Shown here: piece after piece, positions 48,505-60,242 of the stretch
Layout: each line of letters opens with the position of its first letter
How positions within the stretch are numbered: the first letter of the stretch is position 1
Source: Gammaproteobacteria bacterium
GTDB taxonomy: Bacteria > Pseudomonadota > Gammaproteobacteria > SZUA-229
Direction of reading: 5' to 3'
Assembly (NCBI GenBank): GCA_015488885.1
Contig: WFMW01000020.1
Location: forward strand, 221-64,220
Length of the DNA: 64,000 nucleotides
Program-made: the position numbers and the translations under genes
The notes under the pieces: model-generated
Told to the model about the DNA's origin: nothing
The model's database searches: none
Seen by the model: the letters and a program-made list of their open reading frames with translations, nothing else

Positions 48505-48726
48505 ATGCCTAAAGTTAGCGCAAAAAGACAAATTACATTACCTGTCGATCAATGTCGCCAGGCTCATATAGAGCCAGGCGATGAATACAATAGCTATGTC
48601 GATAATAACGGTTATATCACTATAATTAAAAGCACTTCCGGGGCGGCAAAAGGCGTGTTAAAAGCTATCAAAGCTGATAAACGTTTGAGTGATGAATCTT
48701 CACTGCAAAGCGCTCTTGATTCATGA
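48505..48726 (+). CDS. AbrB/MazE/SpoVT-type antitoxin (VapB-like)
   Basis: 73 aa with the swapped-hairpin motif (RQITLPVDQ…), overlapping the downstream PIN gene by 4 bp. Confidence 0.75.
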   Translation: MPKVSAKRQITLPVDQCRQAHIEPGDEYNSYVDNNGYITIIKSTSGAAKGVLKAIKADKRLSDESSLQSALDS

Positions 48727-49157
48727 TTGCTATTGATACGAATGTATTGCTTCGATATTTACTTGATGACGATGTTAGTCAATCTAAAAAAGCGACATCT
48801 ATTATCACAGGAAAAAGTAATGTTTTAATTACCGATATAGTCCTGACGGAAACCATCTGGACGCTTAAAGGCAAGAAATACAACCTTGATAAAGCGTCGA
48901 TAATAAAAGTTATTAATACTTTATTTGCAGAACCCAATATACTATTTGAAGATAGTCAAACGGTCTGGCGGGCATTAAGCGACTATAAACAGGCAAAATC
49001 AATAAAGATGGGAAATAAGCGTAAAGAAGCTGACTTTCCTGACGCACTTATTGTTAATAAAGCTGCGTTTGTTGCAAAAAAATTAAACGATATTTTAGAT
49101 GGTGTGTATACATTTGATCTAGCCTTACAAACGATACCGGGAACGAGAAAGCCTTAA
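48723..49157 (+). CDS. PIN-domain ribonuclease toxin (VapC-like)
   Basis: 144 aa with an N-terminal IAIDTNVLLRYL PIN motif and conserved acidic residues downstream. Confidence 0.75.
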   Translation: MIAIDTNVLLRYLLDDDVSQSKKATSIITGKSNVLITDIVLTETIWTLKGKKYNLDKASIIKVINTLFAEPNILFEDSQTVWRALSDYKQAKSIKMGNKRKEADFPDALIVNKAAFVAKKLNDILDGVYTFDLALQTIPGTRKP

Positions 49158-49332
49158 CGATATTTCCGAGTTCACCACATAACGGAAGTTTAGGGCTTGC
49201 TAACATATATGCTGGCAAACGCTAAAGCTGACACCTATCGGTAGTGGCCAAGTAAATTTATACACTTTATAAGAAAATATCTTTTCTAAGATCCTGATGG
49301 CGGGTGAGTATTGCCTCGTGGGGTAATATCAT

Positions 49333-51240
49333 TCATGATACCGGCAATAGCAGTCGGATTTGAGTGCCGGATGTATCGGAATGTATTTCCAGTGTTCCGC
49401 CTGCCATACGGGCACGATGGTGCATGTTCTTAAGGCCATTTCCTAATGTGTTAGATGCGGTTATTCCATTACCATTGTCACTTATTTCAACAATAACTGA
49501 AGCATTGCCAGCTTTATGCGTAGACAGGTATGTTGACAGGCAAATACTGTTAGCCTGTGCATGTTTAATCGTATTAGTGATTGCCTCCTGCAGGATACGC
49601 AGGACATGAAGCGCCTGTTGTGGGCCAAAATTCTGTATTGGGGGTATATCATCAACCAGCCACCGGAGTGTTAGCTGGCTGTTTTTCAATCGTTGAGCAA
49701 TACGCATTCTGAACATACCCAGCAGGGTTGCCAGATCATTTTCCTGAATGTCCATTGAGTCTATCATAAGACGTAAATCATCCAGTGAATCTTTGAGTGC
49801 AGTGGCGATAGCCTGCATACTGGCATTGCCCGATTCGATCATCGCCAGTGTCGAAACCAGATGGCCACCCATGCCATCATGCATATCCCGGGTAAGACGT
49901 TCACGTTCTTCGGCCAGCACTCGCTCACTTTCCATCTGACGTAAACGGTTGTAGTTTTCTTCAAGCTGGATATGTTTTTCTTCGACGCGTTTTTCGAGAT
50001 CACGGTTTAGTGAATCAATTTCATGCAGTGATTTTGTATAACGTCGTAGCAGAACAATGCTGAACAGGGTCAGTAATACAGCAGCGGCATACTGAATAAA
50101 GTAACCGTCTTCCCAGTTAGCCAGGCCATGCATAACCATCATATCGTGGCTGGCGTAGAGCATGGTTATACCGCCGGTGGCGGTAAGGAACTGAAGTTCG
50201 ACACTCCGACGCTTCCATGCTTCTATACAGGTGTAGGTCAAAATATAGAAACCTGTACTAAAAACGATCGGGTACCATATCAGATAAACAGCAGAATAAA
50301 ACCGGGAGTCATCAAGAAACGCGAGGATAATTGAGCCAGCCAGGCCGGTTGTAATAACGGCTATCTCAATCCGTGGATGGTGTTTTCCAAGAAACCGGTG
50401 GATAAAAATCAGTGACAGGAAGGTATAAAAACCGATAGTGATATAAGCAAACCAGTCCCACAGCCGTGTACTAACAGGGATGTCGGTAATAAAAATATTA
50501 AAATTATGAATACCCCAGATGATCACCGCGAGTGCGTAATAACCGTAGTAGGTTTCCTGGCGACGAACTAACCACAATACGGCAATGAATCCACCCATAA
50601 CCAGCAACATGGTGGTGATTATCTCAATACTGGTAATGTGAAACAGGTAGTGGATATCGTAGGCTCGTACAAGGTCTTTGTATGGTGCCAGCTGTAGAAT
50701 GCAAAGCTGTCCGGAACCGGGAGGATCACTCTTTACTCGAACATGAATAATATTGTTACCGGAGTGCAGTAGCCCGTCTGGAATGGAAAATAACAGTGGC
50801 CGCATCCAGTTTCTGGCAACGGGATCTGAAAACCGCCCGCCACTACCAAGCAGTTTGCCATTGAGAAAAACCGCCGCATTCATTTTTACTGCAGGAATAA
50901 GGATTGCCCAGAGCTGCTTTGGGGTGTGATCCAGATTAACAGAAGTGCGGTACCAGATATTGGTTGCCGTCGATTTTCTTTCCTGCCAGCTATCGGGCAA
51001 GGTTGTTCTGGTCCAGTTGGTTCGCTCAAGTTCAGAGGGATTTTTTACATTCGATGATAAATAAGTAACCGATGAGAGCATCAGCCTTCCATCAGGTAAC
51101 GGTATTTCATAAAAAAAGATACTTGAGCCAATGGCCATGGTGATGGCATAGACACTAAGCCAGATAAAGGCATATCCGGTTTTTGACTGGTAGAAATTAT
51201 GCCAGTTGTGGTGCTGTTGTAATGTTATTAATCCATTCAT
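49333..51240 (-). CDS. 7TMR-DISM sensor histidine kinase (HisKA_3/HATPase, NarL-partner type)
   Basis: 635 aa. N-terminal TM, extracellular domain, seven predicted TM helices, then ERERLTRDMHDGMGGHL (HisKA_3 H-box) and a C-terminal HATPase (…NGLKNMHHRARMAGGTLEI). Confidence 0.8.
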   Translation of the reverse strand: MNGLITLQQHHNWHNFYQSKTGYAFIWLSVYAITMAIGSSIFFYEIPLPDGRLMLSSVTYLSSNVKNPSELERTNWTRTTLPDSWQERKSTATNIWYRTSVNLDHTPKQLWAILIPAVKMNAAVFLNGKLLGSGGRFSDPVARNWMRPLLFSIPDGLLHSGNNIIHVRVKSDPPGSGQLCILQLAPYKDLVRAYDIHYLFHITSIEIITTMLLVMGGFIAVLWLVRRQETYYGYYALAVIIWGIHNFNIFITDIPVSTRLWDWFAYITIGFYTFLSLIFIHRFLGKHHPRIEIAVITTGLAGSIILAFLDDSRFYSAVYLIWYPIVFSTGFYILTYTCIEAWKRRSVELQFLTATGGITMLYASHDMMVMHGLANWEDGYFIQYAAAVLLTLFSIVLLRRYTKSLHEIDSLNRDLEKRVEEKHIQLEENYNRLRQMESERVLAEERERLTRDMHDGMGGHLVSTLAMIESGNASMQAIATALKDSLDDLRLMIDSMDIQENDLATLLGMFRMRIAQRLKNSQLTLRWLVDDIPPIQNFGPQQALHVLRILQEAITNTIKHAQANSICLSTYLSTHKAGNASVIVEISDNGNGITASNTLGNGLKNMHHRARMAGGTLEIHSDTSGTQIRLLLPVS

Positions 51241-51926
51241 CAGGTCTTGATATCAACCAGTCCCATTTGCACCGCTTCAAACACAGCTTCACTACGTGAG
51301 TTGACTTCAAGTTTACGATAGATTTTCTTAATGTGAGAAGTTACCGTGTGGTATGACATACCCAGAAGACCAGCTGCTTCATTGTAGGTATAACCTTTGG
51401 CCATGCAGTCTAATACTTCTGTTTCTCTATCGGTCAACTGTGATTTTTGGGTAGCCGATCCCCGCGCTTCTGGTAGCGGGTTGTTACTGTTCTGATAACG
51501 GTTAAGCAACTGGCGGGCAATGGCGGCACTGATGGGCGATTCACCGGCCAGTAATTGCATAATGGCATCACCAATATAGTCGGTATCACCGTCTTTTAAC
51601 AGGTAACTACTGGCACCTGCCTGAATAGCAGCAAGCACATTGCGCTCATCACCAAAAACAGTGATAACCATAATTTCAATGGCTTTATCTTTTTTTCGGG
51701 CCGCATGAATCAGGTCAATACCACTGCCATCTGGCAAACCAAGGTCAGTAACCAGTACATCAGGCGTGTGTGTTGAAAGTGCCTGTAGACCCTGCTCGAG
51801 CGTCCCGCATGCAGCAATCACACAAAGTTGCGAATGCGCATCAATCGACTGTGCCAGATGTATGCGTGTTGCTTCATCATCTTCTATCAGAAGAATGGTT
51901 TTGTGATTGTCCGTGATGCCGCTCAT
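51240..51926 (-). CDS. NarL/LuxR-family response regulator
   Basis: REC domain (ILLIEDDE…VLVTDLGLPDGSG) plus a C-terminal LuxR HTH (LTDRETEVLDCMAKGYTYNEAAGLLGMSYHTVTSHIKKIYRKL). Translationally coupled to the kinase, with its stop overlapping the kinase start. Confidence 0.85.
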   Translation of the reverse strand: MSGITDNHKTILLIEDDEATRIHLAQSIDAHSQLCVIAACGTLEQGLQALSTHTPDVLVTDLGLPDGSGIDLIHAARKKDKAIEIMVITVFGDERNVLAAIQAGASSYLLKDGDTDYIGDAIMQLLAGESPISAAIARQLLNRYQNSNNPLPEARGSATQKSQLTDRETEVLDCMAKGYTYNEAAGLLGMSYHTVTSHIKKIYRKLEVNSRSEAVFEAVQMGLVDIKT

Positions 51927-52193
51927 ATTCAATAATAATGTCCGTTTGTGTTGAAAATACAACAATTTAAGAGTGAGTTAATATAACAGCCTGATTATAG
52001 ACAATATCCAGGTTTTCTGTCGGCATCCCATATTTATGGGATAGACATTTTACCCTCAGCCATCATAATTGACCACAAAGCTCAAAAAGAGACGTAACGA
52101 TTTAATCACAAGGTAGCCTGATTCATTTAGACATTGAAAATAGTTACGCCTTATTTTTTCCACAATAAACAGTTAAACAATGGAATAACGGAA

Positions 52194-52958
52194 ATGAAAA
52201 AACAACAATTATTATCAGTCCTCAGTGCCGGTTTATTAACATTAGGCATGGCAGGCAGTGCGGATGCCGCATTAGTGGGTCGTCTTCCAGCGACCACTGG
52301 CGGCACCGATTATCAGGCGTATTACGATACGGTCGCCAATTTAACCTGGCTGGCAGATGCGAATTATGCAGCAACCAGTGGGTATGCCACAGCTAATGCA
52401 GGCGGTTTAGGTTATAACCGTATTAATGCCAATGGCAGAATGGGCTGGCAAGCAGCTAATGCCTGGGCGGCACAATTAACCGTCAGTGGCGTAAGTGGTT
52501 GGCGTTTACCTGATACCATCGATGTTGGCAATGACGGTGCAACCTTCACTAATTTTTATCAAGGTGTCGATTACGCTTATAACATCACCACGCACAGTGA
52601 ACTGTCAAATATGTTTTTTAACGTGCTGGGTAATAAGTCGTATTATGATACATCTGGTGCTCAAACAGGTTGTACGTTCCCGGATTATTGTTTAACTAAT
52701 ACAGGTCTATTTAGTAATCTTCAGTCTTCTGATTATTGGTCTGCTACCGAGTATGCACCTGATAATATTACTAGCGCGTGGTTTTTTTCTATGAGCAGTG
52801 GATCCCAGATTCGCAACGTTAAGAATAAGATGTTTTATGGTTGGGCTGTTCAGTCAGGTGATGTGAGTGCAGTACCTGTGCCCGCTGCGGCATGGTTGTT
52901 TGGTAGTGGTCTGTTAGGTTTAATCGGTGTTGCCAGACGTAAGAGCACAAATTTGTAA
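52194..52958 (+). CDS. DUF1566 (Lcl C-terminal-like) protein with a PEP-CTERM-type sorting tail
   Basis: Signal peptide, a GWRLP-containing DUF1566-like region, and a C-terminal VPVPAAAWLFGSGLLGLIGVARRK (P-x-P, TM helix, basic cluster). Confidence 0.65.
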   Translation: MKKQQLLSVLSAGLLTLGMAGSADAALVGRLPATTGGTDYQAYYDTVANLTWLADANYAATSGYATANAGGLGYNRINANGRMGWQAANAWAAQLTVSGVSGWRLPDTIDVGNDGATFTNFYQGVDYAYNITTHSELSNMFFNVLGNKSYYDTSGAQTGCTFPDYCLTNTGLFSNLQSSDYWSATEYAPDNITSAWFFSMSSGSQIRNVKNKMFYGWAVQSGDVSAVPVPAAAWLFGSGLLGLIGVARRKSTNL

Positions 52959-53039
52959 AATTATTTTATGGATAATTTTAGCTCATTTGGATGTTTGTCT
53001 GTGAGTTTTATGAATGAGAATATAACGAGGAATAATACA

Positions 53040-53807
53040 ATGAAAAAAATGATAACCCCCTATGCCTGGCTGTTATTGTCGATATGCTTGATTGCTAATG
53101 TTAAAGCAGCACCTGTACCAGTAGGTTTATGGCTGGCCGATGGTAATGCGCTTGATACTATTGGGTCTAATAATGGAACATTAACGGGCACAACAACGTT
53201 TGCTGCGGGCAAGCATGGTCAGGCATTTAGTTTTGACGGTAATGGATTGGTGAAACTTCCTGATAATACATTTGATTATCTTGCAAGTGGCAATATTAGT
53301 ATATCCGCCTGGATGAAAACGAATTTAGGCAATGTGCCAGGGCCAGCCGGTGGCGATGTTACCTCTGTCATGTTTAATCGCAGCTGGATGTTATATTTTG
53401 ATTTTGCCGAAGTAGGCGTTCCTGCTCCATTATGGAATGGGTCTTTTACTAATAGGCTTTCATCGGGAATAGATATACGTGACAATCAATGGCATAACGT
53501 TACCTCAGTATTTAATAGTGGGACAGCCAATGTTTATATTGATGGCATTTTGAAGGCGACAGGTACGCGTACACTAGGAAGCGGTGATGTATCCGTCAAT
53601 GATAATCAATTTGGTGGTGGCTATTTTTCAAACTATATAGGCTTATTGGATGAGGTTGCCATTTATGATACTGCCTTATCGCAAGCAGATGTTACTGCTA
53701 TTACAAATGGTAGCCTTACAGCGGTGCCTGTTCCTGCGGCAATTTGGTTATTCGGATCAGGATTAATTGGTCTTCTTGGAATGAGAAGAAATAAACAGAG
53801 AACGTAA
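53040..53807 (+). CDS. LamG/concanavalin-like domain protein with a PEP-CTERM-type sorting tail
   Basis: Signal peptide, LamG-like body, and a C-terminal VPVPAAIWLFGSGLIGLLGMRRNK. Confidence 0.65.
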   Translation: MKKMITPYAWLLLSICLIANVKAAPVPVGLWLADGNALDTIGSNNGTLTGTTTFAAGKHGQAFSFDGNGLVKLPDNTFDYLASGNISISAWMKTNLGNVPGPAGGDVTSVMFNRSWMLYFDFAEVGVPAPLWNGSFTNRLSSGIDIRDNQWHNVTSVFNSGTANVYIDGILKATGTRTLGSGDVSVNDNQFGGGYFSNYIGLLDEVAIYDTALSQADVTAITNGSLTAVPVPAAIWLFGSGLIGLLGMRRNKQRT

Positions 53808-53873
53808 AGATTTAATTAGAAAACGAGAAAAGGGATGTTCCCTTTTGCCTTAAACTAACTTTTGGAGAAGAAA

Positions 53874-54320
53874 ATGAGGAAATATTTATTTTTAATTTTG
53901 TAGTTTTGTTCTGGAGCTGCGAATGCAGTAATTTTTGATAGTGCCGCTGATTTTAGTATCACGAATAATCCCAATGGCCCCTGGCGATATGAAAGTGTGG
54001 CAATTGGAGCCGCTAACAGTACATCAATTCCCCTTCCAACATATGGGACTTATGGATGGTATTAACCAGGCGATAGTCAATTTACTGCGGTAGCTGCAGG
54101 GTCGTTTAACTCAGGTATAGGTCGTGATACGTTAGTAACTTTTGTAGCTGGTGAATCTGGCAGATACAATATGGGTATAAATATTTTTGATGTTTTTCCT
54201 GCGCATGGTGGTAATGGTGTCATAACATCATTCTGGCTAAATGATACTAATTTAATTACTCATACGTTAAATGATGTGTTTGCATCGTTTACTGATAGTT
54301 ATACGTTAGCGTTCCCATGA
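53874..54320 (+). pseudogene. small secreted-protein ORF interrupted by two in-frame stop codons (TAG at codon 10, TAA at codon 65)
   Basis: A good Shine-Dalgarno (ggagaag) sits 5 nt upstream of the ATG. The signal-peptide-like N-terminus is MRKYLFLIL*FCSGAANA. A single 149-codon frame is otherwise open to the TGA. Confidence 0.45.
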
Positions 54321-54449
54321 AATATTCGGGTTAGCATGCCTTTTTCCTTTCCCTGTTACATGATCACGAGGAGATATCCATTGTAGTTGTTCCGACTGCA
54401 CCCATCTTGCGATATAATGCCTGCAATATTAATATTTTGAGGTATATAC

Positions 54450-57005
54450 GTGCTTGAATCCTATCGTCAACATGTTGCTGAACGTGAAACGCAGGGGATT
54501 TGTCCCTTACCATTAGATGCGGTTCAGGTGGCTGCGCTGGTTGAATTAATTAAAAATCCGCCTACCGGTGAAGAAGAATTTCTGCTTGATCTGTTAACCA
54601 ATCGGGTACCGCCGGGGGTGGATCAGGCAGCGTATGTGAAGGCGGCATTTCTGACCGATGTGGCAAAAGCGACGACTCCCTGTGCGTTGATCAGTCCGCT
54701 GCGGGCAACGGAATTACTTGGCACTATGCTGGGCGGTTATAATATTCAGCCGCTGATTGATTTGCTTGATATTGAAGAAACGGCCGCAGCAGCGGCACAG
54801 GCACTGTCACATACCTTACTGATTTATGACGCTTTTCATAATGTGGCGGAAAAGTCAAAGACCAATCCCCATGCCGCCAGGGTATTGCGTGCCTGGGCAG
54901 ATGCCGAGTGGTTTACCTCAAAACCGGCGCTGGCCGAAGAGATAACGGTGACTGTCTTCCGGGTGCCGGGTGAAACCAATACCGATGATCTGTCACCGGC
55001 CACCGAGGCCTGGAGCCGACCGGATATTCCCCTGCATGCCAAATCCATGTTGATGAACAGCATGGATAAACCGCTGGAAACGATCACCGAGTTAAAACGT
55101 AAGGGGCATCCGCTGGCTTATGTTGGCGATGTGGTGGGTACGGGTTCATCGCGTAAGTCAGCGATTAATTCGGTGCTCTGGCACATGGGTAATGAAATTC
55201 CTTTTGTACCAAATAAACACGAAGGTGGGGTCATATTGGGCAATAAGATTGCGCCAATCTTTTTTAACACCGCTGAGGATTCCGGTGCCCTGCCGATAGA
55301 ATGTGATGTTGCCAATATGGCAATGGGCGATGTGATTCGTATTCGTCCTTATGACGGACTTATTCTCAATGAAGCGGGTGAGGAACTGTGCCGGTTTGAT
55401 TTGAAGCCGGTGACCATGGCCGATGAAGTACGCGCAAATGGCCGGATTCCACTGATTATTGGTCGAGGCTTAACGGATCAGGCTCGTACCTGTCTGGGTG
55501 AAGGCACATCTGATCTTTTTTTACGACCACAGCAGGGTGATGAAACCGGTAAAGGTTATACCCTGGCGCAGAAAGTTGTTGGTGTCGCCTGCGGGGTTAG
55601 CGGGATTCGTCCGGGTACCTATTGTGAGCCCAAAATGGCTACAGTTGGTTCTCAGGATACCACCGGCGCGATGACCCGTGATGAACTCAAGGAACTCGCC
55701 TGCCTGGGTTTTTCTGCTGATTTAGTCATGCAGAGTTTTTGCCATACTGCTGCTTACCCGAAACCGGTGGATATTACCCTGCAGCATGAATTACCCGATT
55801 TTATGCAAACCCGTAGCGGGGTGGCGTTACGCCCCGGCGATGGCATTATTCACTCCTGGCTGAACCGGATGATCCTGCCCGACACCGTCGGCACTGGCGG
55901 CGATTCACACACCCGGTTTCCGCTGGGTATTAGTTTTCCTGCCGGTTCCGGGCTGGTTGCTTTTGCCGCCGCGCTGGGGGTGATGCCGCTGGATATGCCT
56001 GAATCGGTGCTGGTACGTTTCAAAGGCGACATGCAGCCCGGTATTACCTTGCGTGATCTGGTTAACGCGATTCCTTATGTGGCGATCCAGCGTGGTCTGC
56101 TCACAGTAGAGAAAAAAGGCAAAAAGAACGTGTTCAATGGCCGCGTGCTGGAAATTGAAGGTCTGCCCAATCTGAAAGTCGAACAGGCATTTGAATTATC
56201 CGATGCCTCGGCAGAACGTTCCGCCAACGGTTGCTCGGTACGGCTGGGCAAAGAACCGGTTGTCGAATATCTTAACTCCAATATCACCCTGTTAAAATGG
56301 ATGATTGCCAATGGTTATGAAGACAAACGTACCCTGGAAAGACGCATTGTTGCCATGCAGAAATGGCTGGACGAGCCGACATTACTCGAACCGGATGCCG
56401 ATGCCGAGTATGCGGAAATTATCGAAATTGACCTGGCTGAAATTACCGAACCGATACTGGCCTGTCCCAATGACCCGGATGATGTGAAAAAATTATCCGA
56501 GGTAGCCGGGGTGAAAGTGGATGAAGTCTTTATCGGCTCCTGTATGACCAATATTGGTCATTACCGTGCGGCCAGCAAGGTGCTTGAATCCGTGTCCAGT
56601 CTGCCAGTACGGCTATGGGTGGCACCACCTACAAAAATGGATGAAGCCCAGTTAAAGCAGGAAGGTATTTATAATATCTTTGGCCGTGCCGGGGCACGTA
56701 CAGAACTGCCGGGCTGTTCCTTGTGTATGGGGAATCAGGCACGCGTGGCCGATCAGTCCACGGTGGTATCAACCTCTACACGTAATTTCCCCAATCGTCT
56801 CGGTAACGGTGCCAATGTCTATCTGGCTTCGGCTGAATTGAGCGCGGTGACCGCCATGCTTGGGCATATTCCCAGCATGCAGGAATACCATGAGGCAATG
56901 GCCGGGGTGGCACCGATGGCAGACAACATTTATCGTTATCTGAATTTCGATCAGCTACCCGATTATCAACGTGTTGCAGACAAAGTGACGGTGGGCATTA
57001 GTTAA
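54450..57005 (+). CDS. acnB: aconitate hydratase B (bifunctional aconitase / 2-methylisocitrate dehydratase)
   Basis: 851 aa. GTG start with N-terminus [17 protein letters not shown]…, which aligns with the AcnB N-terminal HEAT-like domain. Aconitase catalytic motifs are present. Confidence 0.92.
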   Translation: MLESYRQHVAERETQGICPLPLDAVQVAALVELIKNPPTGEEEFLLDLLTNRVPPGVDQAAYVKAAFLTDVAKATTPCALISPLRATELLGTMLGGYNIQPLIDLLDIEETAAAAAQALSHTLLIYDAFHNVAEKSKTNPHAARVLRAWADAEWFTSKPALAEEITVTVFRVPGETNTDDLSPATEAWSRPDIPLHAKSMLMNSMDKPLETITELKRKGHPLAYVGDVVGTGSSRKSAINSVLWHMGNEIPFVPNKHEGGVILGNKIAPIFFNTAEDSGALPIECDVANMAMGDVIRIRPYDGLILNEAGEELCRFDLKPVTMADEVRANGRIPLIIGRGLTDQARTCLGEGTSDLFLRPQQGDETGKGYTLAQKVVGVACGVSGIRPGTYCEPKMATVGSQDTTGAMTRDELKELACLGFSADLVMQSFCHTAAYPKPVDITLQHELPDFMQTRSGVALRPGDGIIHSWLNRMILPDTVGTGGDSHTRFPLGISFPAGSGLVAFAAALGVMPLDMPESVLVRFKGDMQPGITLRDLVNAIPYVAIQRGLLTVEKKGKKNVFNGRVLEIEGLPNLKVEQAFELSDASAERSANGCSVRLGKEPVVEYLNSNITLLKWMIANGYEDKRTLERRIVAMQKWLDEPTLLEPDADAEYAEIIEIDLAEITEPILACPNDPDDVKKLSEVAGVKVDEVFIGSCMTNIGHYRAASKVLESVSSLPVRLWVAPPTKMDEAQLKQEGIYNIFGRAGARTELPGCSLCMGNQARVADQSTVVSTSTRNFPNRLGNGANVYLASAELSAVTAMLGHIPSMQEYHEAMAGVAPMADNIYRYLNFDQLPDYQRVADKVTVGIS

Positions 57006-57030
57006 ATTTATTCTGGTTTAATTTATTAGT

Positions 57031-57408
57031 ATGATTAAATTACTTCTGTTTATTGCTGCTGGCGGTGCGGTGGGTGCATTGTCACGTTATGGTGCCTCGC
57101 TAGGGGTATACCGTCTGTTTGGCCGAGGTTTTCCCTATGGCACATTATTTGTGAATGTGGGTGGTTCGTTTTTAATGGGCGTTTTAAGTATTTTATTGAT
57201 CCAGCGTTATAATCTCAGCCCAGAATGGCGGGCAGCCATTCTGGTTGGGTTTCTGGGTTCGTTTACCACCTTTTCCACTTTTTCTGTCGAAACCATGAAT
57301 CTGCTGGAGCAGGGTGACCTGATGCAGGCACTGCTGAATATAACCATCAGTCTGGTTTTGTGTTTAGTCGCCGTCTGGTTTGGCCTTAGTCTGGGTCGTC
57401 AATTGTGA
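57031..57408 (+). CDS. crcB: fluoride channel CrcB/FluC
   Basis: 125-aa four-TM protein with CrcB motifs (GGxxGAxxRY, FxGGFTTFSTF). Confidence 0.88.
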   Translation: MIKLLLFIAAGGAVGALSRYGASLGVYRLFGRGFPYGTLFVNVGGSFLMGVLSILLIQRYNLSPEWRAAILVGFLGSFTTFSTFSVETMNLLEQGDLMQALLNITISLVLCLVAVWFGLSLGRQL

Positions 57409-57418
57409 GGTATGAAAA

Positions 57419-57712
57419 ATGAATGTAACCGTTGCGCGAATTTATGTGACCGAAGGTAAGCATGTTTACGAAAAAATATTCAAACGGTTGCATGATGAAC
57501 ATAAGGTGAATGGTGTTACGGTGTTTCGTGGTATCAGTGGGTTTGGTCGTTCGGGGGAAGAACACTCGGCAGACTTACTGGCTATGTCCTTTGATTTACC
57601 GGTGATTATTGAATTTTTTGATAACGATGAAAAAGTACAGGCGGTTATTCAATCGTTGAATGACATCGTACCGAAGTGTCATATAATGACTTATGCGGCG
57701 CAATTGCGCTGA
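57419..57712 (+). CDS. DUF190-family protein
   Basis: 97 aa immediately after crcB, a recurrent pairing. Confidence 0.6.
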   Translation: MNVTVARIYVTEGKHVYEKIFKRLHDEHKVNGVTVFRGISGFGRSGEEHSADLLAMSFDLPVIIEFFDNDEKVQAVIQSLNDIVPKCHIMTYAAQLR

Positions 57713-59038
<1,326 letters not shown>

Positions 59039-59084
59039 TTGACGAGGCTGATTTTTTACCTTCTTTCCCGGGCAATAAAAAACG

Positions 59085-60242
59085 ATGCAAAGACCTCCCA
59101 GCCCACTTGGCGACCTCAGCCCGAAAGCCTTTATGCAAACCTTCTGGCAGAAAAAGCCACTGCTGGTTCGTCAGGCATTTAAAAATTTTCAGTCACCGAT
59201 AAGCGCCGAAGAACTGGCCGGGCTGGCCTGTGAAGACGATGTTCCGTCACGCATTGTGCTGGAAAAAGACGGTGAACATCCCTGGTTTCCGGTGTTTGGC
59301 CCCATGAGTGAAGAAACCTATGCATCCCTGCCTGACAGTCACTGGACGCTGGTGGTCAACGATGTGGAAAAACACCTGCCCGAGTTAAGCTGGATCGTTG
59401 ACCGTTTTCGTTTTATTCCCGAATGGCGGCTCGATGATTTAATGATCAGCTACGCCGCAGATGCCGGTTCGGTAGGGCCGCATTTTGATCTCTATGATGT
59501 GTTTATTCTGCAGGGGCAGGGGCGACGGCGCTGGCAGATCAGCAGTCGTGAGGTAGCGGCTGATAACCAGGTAAAAAATACGCCATTACGCATTCAGCAG
59601 CATTTTCAGGCTGAAGAAGAATGGATTCTCGAACCCGGCGATATGCTTTATCTGCCCCCCGGGGTTTCCCATTACGGGGTTTCACTGGGCGAGAGCCTCA
59701 GTTACTCCATCGGTTTTCGAGCTACCAGCCATGCTGATCTGGTCAGTGATTTCATTGCATATCTAACCCGGGAATTATCGCCACAGCAAAGTTACCGTGA
59801 TGCGGATCAACAGGTACAGGCGTTTTCCAGTGAAATAAAACCCGATGCGTTGCAACGGGTGACAAAAATTCTACAACACTATCTGCAAGTTGAGCACCCG
59901 GCATTACCCCGCTGGTTCGGGCGTTTTGTCAGTGATAATAAAGCCGACGTGTTCAATCCACCCGATCAGCCGATTGCTACCATTGAAGCCCTGCAAAAAC
60001 GGGCTGCTCAGATACCCTTAAAACGTCATCCGGCCAGCCGCTTTGCCTTTTATCGACATCAGCACGGTAAGGCTATGCTGTTTATTGATGGCGAAGATTA
60101 TGTGGTGAGTGAAGCCTTTGCCGAAGCCTTGTGCAATCAGCGCCAGCTGGATCTGGACAGGCTGATTGCACTGGCTGATAAGGATGCGTCATTATTGATA
60201 CTTGAACTCTATAATCAGGGGAAATTATTTTGTCATGAATAA
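59085..60242 (+). CDS. JmjC/cupin ribosomal protein L16 Arg81 hydroxylase (RoxA/YcfD family)
   Basis: 385-aa cupin-fold protein with a YcfD-like N-terminus and HxD…H iron-binding residues. Confidence 0.7.
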   Translation: MQRPPSPLGDLSPKAFMQTFWQKKPLLVRQAFKNFQSPISAEELAGLACEDDVPSRIVLEKDGEHPWFPVFGPMSEETYASLPDSHWTLVVNDVEKHLPELSWIVDRFRFIPEWRLDDLMISYAADAGSVGPHFDLYDVFILQGQGRRRWQISSREVAADNQVKNTPLRIQQHFQAEEEWILEPGDMLYLPPGVSHYGVSLGESLSYSIGFRATSHADLVSDFIAYLTRELSPQQSYRDADQQVQAFSSEIKPDALQRVTKILQHYLQVEHPALPRWFGRFVSDNKADVFNPPDQPIATIEALQKRAAQIPLKRHPASRFAFYRHQHGKAMLFIDGEDYVVSEAFAEALCNQRQLDLDRLIALADKDASLLILELYNQGKLFCHE

